From Oceanospirillaceae bacterium (GTDB taxonomy: Bacteria > Pseudomonadota > Gammaproteobacteria > Pseudomonadales > Oceanobacteraceae), in the NCBI GenBank assembly GCA_002724925.1, contig PBQA01000003.1, positions 14,487-78,486 of the forward strand: a stretch of 64,000 bases of DNA, in the 5' to 3' direction. Each line of letters begins with the position of its first letter. The stretch's first letter is position 1. A model generated the notes under the pieces. The model was not told where the DNA came from. It made no database searches and saw only the letters and a list, made by a program, of their open reading frames with translations. A program made the translations under genes and the position numbers. Below are positions 18,508-28,468 of the stretch, in pieces.

Positions 18508-19362
18508 ATGGCTGACAGCAACTCACAAAAAATGGCGGCCATTGGGGCCAAACAGGACATCGAAATTGAGCTCGCTACACGACCAGCACTTCGGTTGTGG
18601 CAGGGGAGAGAAAAAACACAAAAGCGTCACGGTATTCTCGGACTTCCTGGCTTTTGCAAGATTGTCAGAGGGGTGGAACAGGCTGTAAGAGAAGACGATC
18701 CTTATGCTGACTACCATTATCATCGTATTGAGCAAGCGATTGAGGATCTGACGTTCGATCTGGATAGTGAGCTGAAAGATGTCCAGACCTTCATTGATGA
18801 AAATATCCCCCCTGCAATGCGGCTTCCCGATATAGGCTCGAAGAACCCAGTGGTGGTTCCGATCCGGTTTGCTTCACGCCTTGGTTTCCAGCTTGTGTAT
18901 CAACTTCTTAAAGTCGATCAAATAGTCTTGAAGGTGCTTTTGGCCAATCATATTGGCTTGCTGCCTAACAAGGAGAAGTTTGAAACCTTGGCCCGTGTTG
19001 AAAAGCGCGTGCGCGGTGTAATTCACATGGTGTTCTCTTATCGTCATACCGGTGTTACCAGAGATGATATGGCCGCCAATAACCAAAAGGCTCAAAAGGC
19101 CAAGGAGTTGATGGGGGATCTGGAAGTAGGGTACATAGAAGGAACCACAAGATCAGATAATGCTCCGCCCTTGCCAATGAAACGGCTCCAGACGATGGGC
19201 AAGTCTCTAGACAAAGATAAAGCTGACAAAAAGCCCAAAACGGCTGAAAAGCAGAAAGAGGCTGACAGTGATGATGAACTGGGCGCAGAACTCGATCGAG
19301 TGTTGAAGCAGGCAGATGAAGAAATGTCACGTACTGCCAAAAAGAAGGTTGCAACAGCTTGA
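18508..19362 (+). CDS. PFL_4669/DUF1845-family regulator (InrR/AcaB-like)
   Basis: GILGLPGF...DDPYAD motif; AGGAGG RBS before ATG 18508. Confidence 0.85.
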   Translation: MADSNSQKMAAIGAKQDIEIELATRPALRLWQGREKTQKRHGILGLPGFCKIVRGVEQAVREDDPYADYHYHRIEQAIEDLTFDLDSELKDVQTFIDENIPPAMRLPDIGSKNPVVVPIRFASRLGFQLVYQLLKVDQIVLKVLLANHIGLLPNKEKFETLARVEKRVRGVIHMVFSYRHTGVTRDDMAANNQKAQKAKELMGDLEVGYIEGTTRSDNAPPLPMKRLQTMGKSLDKDKADKKPKTAEKQKEADSDDELGAELDRVLKQADEEMSRTAKKKVATA

Positions 19363-19385
19363 GGCCGAATCGCCATCAATAGCGG

Positions 19386-19412
19386 AAAAGGTGCTTCTGG
19401 CACCTTTTTTTT
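19386..19412 (+). terminator. Intrinsic terminator
   Basis: AAAAGGTGC-TTCTG-GCACCTTTT followed by a T-run. Confidence 0.75.
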
Positions 19413-19522
19413 CGTGGACCGGTCTTGGGTCAGTACCACTCAAAACCTGGATCAATACAAACATTCTGAGGTTCAGAATAGCCCTGTAAACTTGGCTCAG
19501 AACAGCATGGGTAGCATGGATC

Positions 19523-19972
19523 GTGAGTGAGAAAACAATGTCGTCTCCTTTAAATATAAATTTAATAATACCTTTTAAGGATAATAAGGCGGGACGCCTG
19601 AATCTGTACCGGAAAGAAATTGAAGTATTCAAGGAGATGCTCGGGCAGAGAGTAGAGGAGCTCAAAGAAGAGTTGGTGAGTCTATTTGGAGAGAATTTTG
19701 AGCTGACGCTTGCAGCGCGATCGGATGGTAACTCAAGAAAGTATTACTGGCGGTTTAAGTCGAGTAAGCGTGATAGGAAGTACAACAGGCTTCATGCCGG
19801 TTCTATTGTTGAGTATCTCCGCGTATTCGATGACGAAAGAAAACTTCGATTGAAAGAAACGGAAGAAGAGCTCATCTACATCAATGCGAACCTTAAACTG
19901 ATCAAGGGTATGTTGGATTCCATAGATCAGGCGGTCGATGAAAAAGCCGAGCTAAGATCCGCGATCATATGA
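19523..19972 (+). CDS. DUF3158-like ICE protein
   Basis: Coiled coil plus KYYWR motif; expected position after PFL_4669. Confidence 0.6.
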   Translation: MSEKTMSSPLNINLIIPFKDNKAGRLNLYRKEIEVFKEMLGQRVEELKEELVSLFGENFELTLAARSDGNSRKYYWRFKSSKRDRKYNRLHAGSIVEYLRVFDDERKLRLKETEEELIYINANLKLIKGMLDSIDQAVDEKAELRSAII

Positions 19973-20441
19973 GCAGGTCATGATAGGCATATGTCCTTGA
20001 CCAAGTTGAGATCATCTGCAAAAATTCAACTACTACTTCCTGACAGCTTTCGGGCTTAGCTGCAAAGCATTGCTTTGCTACTCTTCACTTCAGAGCATCC
20101 ATCAGTGCTTATCCTTCAAAACTACCGCGAATTGGTTTTGAGCAACAATCTGTTTTGTGAGTGCTAATCAGAGTATCTCTTGTCTTGGAGATATTCTGAT
20201 TAGCGTTCACGACAGTGACTTTAGAATTGCTAATGAACTCGGTTAGCCAGCAAGCAAATCTTGTGATGATGATGACACTATACGAGTGGCTTTTGTGTGG
20301 CGCAGCCATGCCGTGCAAGTGCTATAAGCCTGCACGAAATCCTGGGGAACAATGATCCGAACGCCCCATAGAGGATCGTACTTTAACAGGGGTACTCGCT
20401 ATACCCGAACTGCAATACCAAGCGAGCCTTGGTAAGAATTT

Positions 20442-20469
20442 GAAAAGCCTGCCACCGCGCAGGCTTTTC
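20442..20469. terminator. Bidirectional terminator-like hairpin
   Basis: GAAAAGCCTGC...GCAGGCTTTTC. Confidence 0.6.
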
Positions 20470-20479
20470 TGTTTTTAAA

Positions 20480-20499
20480 GGGTCATTTAGTGGTGACCC
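20480..20499. promoter_or_regulatory. Operator GGGTCA-N8-TGACCC upstream of the pilL-traD operon
   Basis: Repeated at 27005 and 10548. Confidence 0.65.
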
Positions 20500-20566
20500 A
20501 AAAAAAGTAATTTCAAAGATGTGATCTTGTACTGTACCTCTGCCAAATAATGTTGGAGGTATACCC

Positions 20567-21019
20567 ATGAAGAAGACCGCAATTGCTGTAGCTATGTGCT
20601 GTTTCAGCACATTGGCATCAGCAGAAAGTAAACCCTTAGACATAGGGGAGTCCGATCGCATTGAAGTAATGCAGACTGGGCGATATACCTATGTGAAAAA
20701 CATCCCCCCGGTAGATCAGCTCAATCCTCTCAAGGTTGTCATCAAGACTCGGATTCCACAAAGCGTGGAAACAGTTGGCCAAACCGTTGAGTTTCTTCTT
20801 GCAAGATCCGGTTACGTGCTCGCGGATAAAACTGTTTTGAGCGAAGAGGCTAAAACACTTCTCAGTCTCCCGTTACCTCAAGTGCATCGTAATATTGGTC
20901 CAATGACTCTGGACAAAGCACTCCATACGCTGAGTGGTGATGCATTTGAATTGGTTGTCGATCCAGTACACCGGAAAGTTGCCTACGAGTTGTCAACCAA
21001 GTTAGCGAGGAGTGAATGA
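20567..21019 (+). CDS. pilL: PFGI-1-class PilL-like conjugation protein
   Basis: GRYT..., TVGQTVEFLLARSGY, LPLPQVHRNIGPMTL. Confidence 0.85.
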   Translation: MKKTAIAVAMCCFSTLASAESKPLDIGESDRIEVMQTGRYTYVKNIPPVDQLNPLKVVIKTRIPQSVETVGQTVEFLLARSGYVLADKTVLSEEAKTLLSLPLPQVHRNIGPMTLDKALHTLSGDAFELVVDPVHRKVAYELSTKLARSE

Positions 21020-21945
21020 TGTCCAAGTCAAAATTAGGCCAATCCCTCATGCGCACGATCGACGGTGGTAAATCCAAAGATGAGTCTTTGTTGGATATGC
21101 CTGTCGATGATGCATTCGATCAAGCCGAAATGAAAGGCAGTGTTTCTGGACTCAATGCGTCAGACGCAGATTCGTTTTCTGCCAAGGAACCACACATTGG
21201 CGAAGTGGAAGAAATCCATTCTTCTGGGGTGCAAGAGAAGCCACTTAACGCTAAGCCCAAAAAAGTAAAAGCGCCCACGCAGAAGAAGCCGGGTAGCTTT
21301 ATTGGCGTGATCGCTCTCCTTGTCTCAGTAGGTGCGGCAGGTATAGCTGGCTACTCAGTGATTAACCAAAAATCTGGCCAGGCGGCAGCCATGAACAGCA
21401 TGGAAAGTTTGGATTCGGCCATTGGCACGCTAAATACAAGAACTGACGAGTTGACAGCGGAACTGGCAGGAACCCAGAAGGCCGTTCAGTCTAATTCAGA
21501 CAGCCTGGTCGGCGTTGACGGCATCCATAAAAACATCCAAGAGCTGCAAGCAACCATCAGTGCAATACGTGGTGAGGTGAATGCGTTCAAAGGAAATCTG
21601 GAAGCCAACAGTGCATCCATTGACACGCACCAAAAACAGATTGATGAGCTGAGTGATCAGATAAAAAAGCTCAACGCTAGGGCTGCGAGTGCGCCTAAGA
21701 AAGTTGTTCAGAAAGCACCGGTGAAGAAGGTGAATACTGACCCTAGCCTGATTGAAGGTGCCTACGTTGCTTCCATCGACCTTTGGGGAACACAGCCTTA
21801 TGTCATGTTGCGTGAGGAAAACGGAAGCTGGGTGCCTTTAACTATGGGTGATTATTACAAGGGCTGGAGACTTGAGGGCGCTATTGGTTCTGAGGCTGTT
21901 TTCCAGAATGGCTCAAAAACAAAACGACTGACCATTAAGGAGTAG
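21016..21945 (+). CDS. Membrane-anchored coiled-coil conjugation-region protein
   Basis: One TM helix then a coiled coil; ICE-type position after pilL. Confidence 0.75.
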   Translation: MMSKSKLGQSLMRTIDGGKSKDESLLDMPVDDAFDQAEMKGSVSGLNASDADSFSAKEPHIGEVEEIHSSGVQEKPLNAKPKKVKAPTQKKPGSFIGVIALLVSVGAAGIAGYSVINQKSGQAAAMNSMESLDSAIGTLNTRTDELTAELAGTQKAVQSNSDSLVGVDGIHKNIQELQATISAIRGEVNAFKGNLEANSASIDTHQKQIDELSDQIKKLNARAASAPKKVVQKAPVKKVNTDPSLIEGAYVASIDLWGTQPYVMLREENGSWVPLTMGDYYKGWRLEGAIGSEAVFQNGSKTKRLTIKE

Positions 21946-21949
21946 CAAT

Positions 21950-22261
21950 ATGGAACCTGTTGAATGGATCGTTGGCCTTGTCCTGTTGATTGGCGGTTAT
22001 GAGCTTTGGGGTAAAGAAGAACCTCAAGAGCCTGTAGCCGTGGAGATAGTCACTGAGCAGTCGATTGTATCAGTTGAACCTCTGTTTGAGCGGGGCCGCT
22101 ATTACCGTGCTGAAGACGGTTATTACATCAGCAACCTCACACCAGCTCCTCAAAAGGTGGATGGGTGTTATCGGCCTGTGCTTACTGCGGACCTGACGGC
22201 ACCAAGAAGCGATGAAGGTCAGATCCAGGTAACTGAAGTTGACATCGAGTGTGAGGGATAG
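21950..22261 (+). CDS. Hypothetical protein with N-terminal TM
   Basis: GGAG RBS; operon packing. Confidence 0.65.
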   Translation: MEPVEWIVGLVLLIGGYELWGKEEPQEPVAVEIVTEQSIVSVEPLFERGRYYRAEDGYYISNLTPAPQKVDGCYRPVLTADLTAPRSDEGQIQVTEVDIECEG

Positions 22262-23035
22262 ATGAAAAAGCTCGCATATATCGTATTAGGCTTATTGGTA
22301 ACTTCAGGAGCCTATGCAAACAATCAAAGCACACAGGGTAGCAACAGTGCGACTGTGATCTCAGATATGAAGTCCACCCTCGATAAAGAAGCTGCCGCGT
22401 CGTTAACCGAGAAAGATAGAAGCCTGGCCAAACAATGGATGCTTTCTGAAACCGACTGGGTTAAGTACAAGCAAATCATGAGTGGGCCTCGTGGAATCTG
22501 GTCCCCCGGCCTTGATCCAATCACCGCTTTAGGAGTGTCTGAGACCGACCCGCAGGAGCGGAAGCGATACGCTGAGCTTTGGATAAAGATGGAAACCAGG
22601 AGGGCGGAATTAGAAATGGCGTTTGAGGTTGAACGTCAGCGCGCGGCCAACCGCATCCTCGGCAATCAGTTGGCAGTCAACAACACATCCTGGATAAGAG
22701 AGTGGGAAGAAAAGCGTGTTGAGGTCAACAAGCAGGTGATCCTGTTCGTTGACTCTGAGTGCAAAGAATCCTGTAAGTCGATGTTTGAAGAACTTCATGC
22801 ATCCGTTGGTGATAACGCTCGACTCGACATTTTCTTCAAGCAAGGTGCTTCCTCCGATGAAATAGGCCAATGGGCCTCGTTCATGAAAATATCGCCAGAG
22901 GTTGTTCGAGCAAGAGCGATTACCTTGAATTTCGATGAAGGCAAATCGACGGAGCTGGGGATTGATATGAACTCTCTGCCCCAGGTGAGGGTAGTCGATC
23001 TCAAGTCCGGAGCAGTAACAGCAACCTACAAGTAG
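22262..23035 (+). CDS. ICE protein, PFL_4693/TIGR03759 type
   Basis: W.L...W..Y, WSPGLDPITALG...ERKRYAELW. Confidence 0.85.
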   Translation: MKKLAYIVLGLLVTSGAYANNQSTQGSNSATVISDMKSTLDKEAAASLTEKDRSLAKQWMLSETDWVKYKQIMSGPRGIWSPGLDPITALGVSETDPQERKRYAELWIKMETRRAELEMAFEVERQRAANRILGNQLAVNNTSWIREWEEKRVEVNKQVILFVDSECKESCKSMFEELHASVGDNARLDIFFKQGASSDEIGQWASFMKISPEVVRARAITLNFDEGKSTELGIDMNSLPQVRVVDLKSGAVTATYK

Positions 23036-23044
23036 TGGCGAGCT

Positions 23045-23587
23045 ATGAGAATATTTCTGATTGTCTTACTTGGACTTGTATCGTTCTCTGCAATTGCCAA
23101 CCAAAGCGCCGTTCCAGATATGTATCGCCTGGTAGCTGAAGAAAATCGGGTACCGGCGAAACTTTTTTACGCGCTCATTCTGAATGAATCCAGATCATTG
23201 ACTTCATCAGGGGAGAGATCAAAAGTTCTGCCTTGGCCTTGGACAATCAACCATCGAGGGCAGCCTCACTTCTTTCCCAGTAGAGAGAAAGCGTACTTGT
23301 TCGCGAAGTCTTTGTTAGACCGAGGGGATAAACAATTCGATGTCGGGCTTGGACAGTTGAATTGGCGATGGCAAGAGCAGCGATTTAAAGGTCTATGGGA
23401 AGCCTTTGACCCCTACGCCAATCTCAATGCAGCCGCGCAACACCTACGAGAACAATACGATAGGACAGAGTGTAATAGCTGGGAGTTGGCCGTTGGATGT
23501 TATCACCGCCCTGGTCAGCGAATACAGGACAAAGAGAGAGCAAGAAACTATACACAAAGGGTCATTTCATTATGGGCAAAAATCTAA
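23045..23587 (+). CDS. Lytic transglycosylase (SLT) of the conjugation region
   Basis: LILNES, PWPWTIN, FDVGLGQLNWRW, AVGCYH. Confidence 0.9.
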   Translation: MRIFLIVLLGLVSFSAIANQSAVPDMYRLVAEENRVPAKLFYALILNESRSLTSSGERSKVLPWPWTINHRGQPHFFPSREKAYLFAKSLLDRGDKQFDVGLGQLNWRWQEQRFKGLWEAFDPYANLNAAAQHLREQYDRTECNSWELAVGCYHRPGQRIQDKERARNYTQRVISLWAKI

Positions 23588-24144
23588 AAAAATTTTCAAC
23601 TATAGCCGTCCTGATTGGGACGGTTGTGGCTTTCAGCCAGACCTTCGCGGTAGAGCAGAAATCATCCCCGCATATGCCTTGGTTTGAGACCGAGGTTATC
23701 GAAGATCGTGGAGGTCAACCTATTGACCCATACCTGCCAAAAAACAACAACACACTGGAGCACATGAAAAAGCTCTACGACGAACGACGTTCAAAGAAGC
23801 TGGTTCACTCTCACTTTCCGGTGGTAACTGCCTCTATGTCTGTTGGTCGGGTGACAGAGGATGAGGCCAGAGATGTGAAGTATCAGATGGCAACGAGGCC
23901 CATGTTCATCATCGGGTACGATCCTGTTTCGATCAAATGGCTGTCTTCAAACAAAGAGTTGTTGAAGGAGAAGAAAGCTATTGGGCTTGTAGTGAATATC
24001 CAGACCAAAGAACAGATGGAAGAGCTTCAATCAATTGTTGGTGAAGGCGTATTGATGCAACCAACTCCAGGCGATCGTTTAGCTGAACATTTAAAAATCA
24101 GACATTACCCGTTCTACATGGATAATCAGGGAGTGATGCGTTAA
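23572..24144 (+). CDS. ICE protein, PFL_4695/TIGR03765 type
   Basis: PMFIIGYDPVSIKWL...GLVVNI...LKIRHYP; signal peptide from ATG 23572. Confidence 0.85.
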   Translation: MGKNLKKFSTIAVLIGTVVAFSQTFAVEQKSSPHMPWFETEVIEDRGGQPIDPYLPKNNNTLEHMKKLYDERRSKKLVHSHFPVVTASMSVGRVTEDEARDVKYQMATRPMFIIGYDPVSIKWLSSNKELLKEKKAIGLVVNIQTKEQMEELQSIVGEGVLMQPTPGDRLAEHLKIRHYPFYMDNQGVMR

Positions 24145-26192
24145 TGGCAGATCATCCATTAGAGGTTTTATTAAGGCCGCCAGTAGAGTTGTGGTCAGGA
24201 ACTGTCGCCCTTTCAGCAGGCATTATTTGTGGCACCGCGCCGTCAACACTCATGATGACCCCAAGTGTGGGATATACCTCTGCTGCTATCCTTGCTGGAC
24301 TTGGTTTGTATCGGCTGAATCAGGGCTCTCAAATACTCAGGTATCAGCGTAATCTCAAACGGCTCCCGCGATTTGCGATGTCATCTTCACAGATACCCTG
24401 TTACCGAAATCACCTCTATCTAGGGCAGGGGTTCAAGTGGGGACAGAAACATACTCAGCGCCTTAAAGATACGTTGTCACCTGCGGCCAAGCGATACCTG
24501 GAGCCATCCAAGATCTACTCAGCAGTCAGGAAGTTCGAGAGAGACGTTGAAAATACTGGTTTACAAGCTCTGGGTCGGCTAACCAGTAAAGATCATGTGT
24601 TGAATCCCTTCAGACCGCTACCACCAATCGGAGGTAACCCTGCCATTCATGCTGTCGAGCTCAACGAAGAGGAAGTCCTTCTACCAATGAGTGAAAGGGT
24701 AGGGCATACCTTGGTTCTTGGAACGACACGAGTGGGTAAGACACGTCTAGCAGAGATTCTGATAGAGCAGGATATTCGACGCGGCGATGGTCCGGTCATT
24801 GTATTTGATCCTAAATCTGATGCCGGGTTATTAACACGGATGTATATGGCCGCGAAACGTATGGGTAGGGAGGACGACTTCTACGTTTTTCATTTGGGGT
24901 TCCCTGATATATCGGCCCGTTACAACGCAGTGGGCAACTTTGCCAGAATTACAGAAGTGGCCAGTCGTATCTCTGGTCAGCTCTCATCCGAAGGCAACAG
25001 TGCAGCATTTAAAGAGTTTGCTTGGCGCTTCATCAATATCGTTGCTCGTGCCCTCGTATCCCTTGGCCAGCGTCCGGATTACAACAACATTCTTCGGTAC
25101 GTAACCGACATCGAACCTCTGTTTTGCGAGTACCTGGAATGGTGGCTTCCTCGTAATGCAGAGCAAGGCTGGGTTGAAGACATCAACGACATGACCCACG
25201 ACGCAGAAAAGCAATACAAGTCAAATCCCAGGTTGGCAAAACATGCAAACGCTCGGACTGAAGCATTGCGGAAATACGTTGAACAGATGGGAGTGAGCGA
25301 TCCGATCGTACTTGGCTTACTCTCGGCACTGCGTTATGACCGCACCTACTTCGATAAGCTGGTAGCTTCTCTGCTGCCACTTCTTGAAAAGCTCACAACT
25401 GGAAAGATTGGCAAACTCATCGCCCCGGACTATTTCGATGTGAATGATGACCGGCCTATCTTTGACTGGACTCAGATAATCCGGAAGCGCGGTATTGTCT
25501 ATGTTGGACTCGATGCCATGACGGATACGGAGGTTGCAAGTGCCGTGGGCAATTCCATGTTCTCTGACTTGGTATCGACCTCGGGCATGATCTACAAGCA
25601 CGGGTTCCAGCACGGCATGTTAGATGGAAAAGCCAACGCAATGCCCAAGATCTGCCTTCATGCAGATGAATTCAATGAATTGATGGGTGATGAGTTCCTA
25701 CCGATGGTCAACAAATCGGGTGGCTCTGGTATGCAGATCACTGCCTACACCCAGTCCAGGGGAGACATTGAAGCTCGACTCGGCAATGCAGCCAAGGCAC
25801 GCCAGGTAGAGGGCAACTTCAACAACCTGATCATGCTCCGTGTGAAAGAAAAGGACACGGCTGAGTTGCTTACCAATCAGCTACCTGAAGTGGAAATATC
25901 ACAGAAGATGACCGTATCAGGTGCTTCGGACTCTTCTGATACAGAGAACAACATCGACTTTACCTCCAGTACTCAGGACCGTATTTCAATGCTTCGCGTG
26001 CCCATGCTGGAACCAAGTCATGTGACCGCGTTGCCAAAAGGACAGGCGTTTTGTCTTCTGGATGGAGGTCATCTTTGGAAAGTACGGTTTCCGCTTCCCG
26101 TTGAGGACGATGAAGAGATGCCTCAGAACTTACAGGCGCTGACCAAGGAAATGGAAAAGAACTATCACACGGCAGAAGCATGGTGGGTATAG
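24144..26192 (+). CDS. traD: Type IV coupling protein TraD
   Basis: Walker A GTTRVGKT, VFDPKSD, HADEFNEL, QITAYTQ. Confidence 0.95.
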   Translation: MADHPLEVLLRPPVELWSGTVALSAGIICGTAPSTLMMTPSVGYTSAAILAGLGLYRLNQGSQILRYQRNLKRLPRFAMSSSQIPCYRNHLYLGQGFKWGQKHTQRLKDTLSPAAKRYLEPSKIYSAVRKFERDVENTGLQALGRLTSKDHVLNPFRPLPPIGGNPAIHAVELNEEEVLLPMSERVGHTLVLGTTRVGKTRLAEILIEQDIRRGDGPVIVFDPKSDAGLLTRMYMAAKRMGREDDFYVFHLGFPDISARYNAVGNFARITEVASRISGQLSSEGNSAAFKEFAWRFINIVARALVSLGQRPDYNNILRYVTDIEPLFCEYLEWWLPRNAEQGWVEDINDMTHDAEKQYKSNPRLAKHANARTEALRKYVEQMGVSDPIVLGLLSALRYDRTYFDKLVASLLPLLEKLTTGKIGKLIAPDYFDVNDDRPIFDWTQIIRKRGIVYVGLDAMTDTEVASAVGNSMFSDLVSTSGMIYKHGFQHGMLDGKANAMPKICLHADEFNELMGDEFLPMVNKSGGSGMQITAYTQSRGDIEARLGNAAKARQVEGNFNNLIMLRVKEKDTAELLTNQLPEVEISQKMTVSGASDSSDTENNIDFTSSTQDRISMLRVPMLEPSHVTALPKGQAFCLLDGGHLWKVRFPLPVEDDEEMPQNLQALTKEMEKNYHTAEAWWV

Positions 26193-26195
26193 CAG

Positions 26196-26939
26196 ATGGC
26201 GGAATCTAGCGTAGCCAGGGCAGAGCACCCTGTTGCCAAGAAAGGTTTTATCGGGAAGACCTTGGACCTCATATTCAAGGTGATTGGGTTGCTTCTCTTT
26301 TCGGCATTAATGTCCATCATCATTGAATGGATCGGTATGGTTTTCTTCTATCCAGAGCAGGGATACACCGGGTATGAACATGCCGAAGAAATGATGCGGA
26401 AGGAAATCAGTTACCTGGGAAGCTCTCTCGATGGTGACTCCCTGAATGGTGAGGCTGTCCAAGCCGCGAGTGGGAAGGTTACCGATGTGGTGAACTTCCT
26501 TTTCATTGATTCCGGGATAGTGGACATGCTGACTTCAGCAAAAACCCCGGAGGCAAATGATGGTAAGTTTGTCCGGTTGGTCAAAGGGCTGATTGCTGAG
26601 TATTACAACTACTTTATGGCAGCCATTTACATTCTGATTATGTTCTTAATCCGACTGTCTATCCTGGTCTTGTCCATACCGGCGTTTTTCTTGTTCGGAT
26701 TAGTTGGTGTCTCGGATGGACTTATGCAAAGGGATTTACGGCGTTGGTGTGGTGGCAATGAATCTGGGTACATCTATCACTGGGCCAAGCGCTTTGCCAT
26801 GCCGATACTGATTATGGCGTGGGTAATATATCTGGCCATCCCCAGTAGCATACACCCCAATTTCATTATCACGCCTTTTGCTGTCTTGTTCGGACTTGTT
26901 TTGATGGTCATGACCAGCAAGTTTAAGAAGTACCTCTAA
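26196..26939 (+). CDS. ICE membrane protein, PFL_4697/TIGR03747 type
   Basis: DGLMQRDLRRWCGGNESGYIYHWAK. Confidence 0.88.
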   Translation: MAESSVARAEHPVAKKGFIGKTLDLIFKVIGLLLFSALMSIIIEWIGMVFFYPEQGYTGYEHAEEMMRKEISYLGSSLDGDSLNGEAVQAASGKVTDVVNFLFIDSGIVDMLTSAKTPEANDGKFVRLVKGLIAEYYNYFMAAIYILIMFLIRLSILVLSIPAFFLFGLVGVSDGLMQRDLRRWCGGNESGYIYHWAKRFAMPILIMAWVIYLAIPSSIHPNFIITPFAVLFGLVLMVMTSKFKKYL

Positions 26940-27004
26940 GCGCAAAGACTTAATATTTACTCCCATAATGGCCGCGACTCAGCGGCCATTTTCTCATCAA
27001 AAAA

Positions 27005-27024
27005 GGGTCATCGAGTAATGACCC
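27005..27024. promoter_or_regulatory. Operator GGGTCA-N8-TGACCC upstream of the main MPF operon
   Basis: Repeated at 20480 and 10548; preceded by a terminator hairpin at 26967-26993. Confidence 0.65.
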
Positions 27025-27100
27025 AATAAATCAGATTTCCTGCCTTTTCGTTTGTTCTAATTCCTACCATCGCAATTCCACCTGAAATTCAAGTGACTCG

Positions 27101-27415
27101 ATGATGAACAAATTGATAACTCTTCTCCTGGTGAGCTTCGTGAGCCTTCCGCAGGTGTCTATGGCGGATGTATGGGCTGAGCGTGAAGCGCTGGCAAAAA
27201 TTAAAAATGAATTGGCTGCGCTGGAAGCCTTGGTGATGACCGCCAAGATGCGCAGTAACTCGAACGATCGGACGACGTTCGATTACCAGGTTCTGTTAGA
27301 TGACCTGAGAAAGATCCAAGCCGGAATTTCTCATCATCTGACAGTGCCGATGGAGCCAGTGGTTCCATCGTCCATCGATGCTCTCAGTAGTGACTATACG
27401 GAGCATCAAAAATGA
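27101..27415 (+). CDS. RAQPRD-family ICE protein
   Basis: Signal peptide; RTTFDYQVLLDDLRKIQAGI; first gene of the MPF operon. Confidence 0.85.
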   Translation: MMNKLITLLLVSFVSLPQVSMADVWAEREALAKIKNELAALEALVMTAKMRSNSNDRTTFDYQVLLDDLRKIQAGISHHLTVPMEPVVPSSIDALSSDYTEHQK

Positions 27416-27651
27416 ACGCTGCTCAATCTGCTGCATTTGAAGAAGGCACGGGAGATTTTTTTACCGCTGCTGAACTTCTCTGGACTATCCAGGCAATCGG
27501 CACAACGGCAGTGTTTCTTTATGTCGCCTGGCTGTGCTACCGCGCATACGACGACTATGGGGCGGAGGTCATTACTGCAAAGGACATGATAATCGTATGG
27601 TTTCGTGGTGTCTTTGTGATGATGGTACTCCTTTACCTACTTGTTAACTAA
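27412..27651 (+). CDS. TIGR03758-type small membrane protein
   Basis: MNAAQSAAFEEGTG start; gene order. Confidence 0.8.
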   Translation: MNAAQSAAFEEGTGDFFTAAELLWTIQAIGTTAVFLYVAWLCYRAYDDYGAEVITAKDMIIVWFRGVFVMMVLLYLLVN

Positions 27652-27684
27652 CCAACCTTCAAAGTACTTAAAGGAGTTAATCCT

Positions 27685-28056
27685 ATGAAAAACCTGATCG
27701 TAACCTGCAAAGACAAGCTGGCCGCAGTGAAAACTACACTGGCCACTATGTTGTTCTTCGCCTTCTCCAGCGCTCACGCTGCTCTACCTGACACTGCTGA
27801 CCCGACCAACGCGGCTGCTGATGGTGACTACATCGGCCTGTTGCAGGGTTATGCGTTCGATATCGCAATTGTCCTGGGCTTGATCTTGGGCACTATTGCG
27901 TTTCTGGCTGTAGCCAAAAACATGATTGCTGTATACAACGAAATCGGTGCAGGTAAGAAGACCTGGGGTGACATGGGTATGCACGGCGGCATGGGCGTAC
28001 TGCTGCTGGTATTCGTTGTGTACCTGCTGACTGAGGCATCCGGGATCATCTTCTAA
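27685..28056 (+). CDS. TIGR03745-type pilin-like membrane protein
   Basis: AHAALP signal cleavage, YNEIGAGKKTWGD, two TMs. Confidence 0.85.
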   Translation: MKNLIVTCKDKLAAVKTTLATMLFFAFSSAHAALPDTADPTNAAADGDYIGLLQGYAFDIAIVLGLILGTIAFLAVAKNMIAVYNEIGAGKKTWGDMGMHGGMGVLLLVFVVYLLTEASGIIF

Positions 28057-28463
28057 TGAAAGAACCTGGAATGAACGGACGAGAAATCGAGTTCATCCCC
28101 GACCGGCTCATCGAAGAGCCGGTCGTCTTTCGGGGACTGACCGATACCGAGGTCGTGATGATTATCGTGGCCGCAATCATTTTCTGGATTCCCGTCTGCG
28201 TACTCTTGCTCATTCCATTTGGTTGGGCGTTGTTCGGAGTGGGTATTGGCTTTGGCATGGCCATTGGCACTTTGCTGATCGTTGGCAAATACCTTCAAGG
28301 TCTCAAGCGACGAATGCCTGACGGCTTGCATGTGGTGTACCTCAAAAAGCAAGCGCAGAAAAAATACTCATTTTTCAATTTCGGATATATCGAGACATCA
28401 CAGAGTTGGGACATCCGACGAGATCAACCCGTTAAGAAAATCCACATGGAGCCCGAGGAGTAG
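28056..28463 (+). CDS. TIGR03750-type (VirB3-like) protein
   Basis: FIPDRLIEEPVVFRGLTDTE...KRRMPDG. Confidence 0.88.
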   Translation: MKEPGMNGREIEFIPDRLIEEPVVFRGLTDTEVVMIIVAAIIFWIPVCVLLLIPFGWALFGVGIGFGMAIGTLLIVGKYLQGLKRRMPDGLHVVYLKKQAQKKYSFFNFGYIETSQSWDIRRDQPVKKIHMEPEE

Positions 28464-28468
28464 GCTAG

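Noticed and set aside
19975-20440. Possible small ORF (20109-20318) or ncRNA
   Set aside because: No recognisable motif, RBS or RNA family; cannot be supported.
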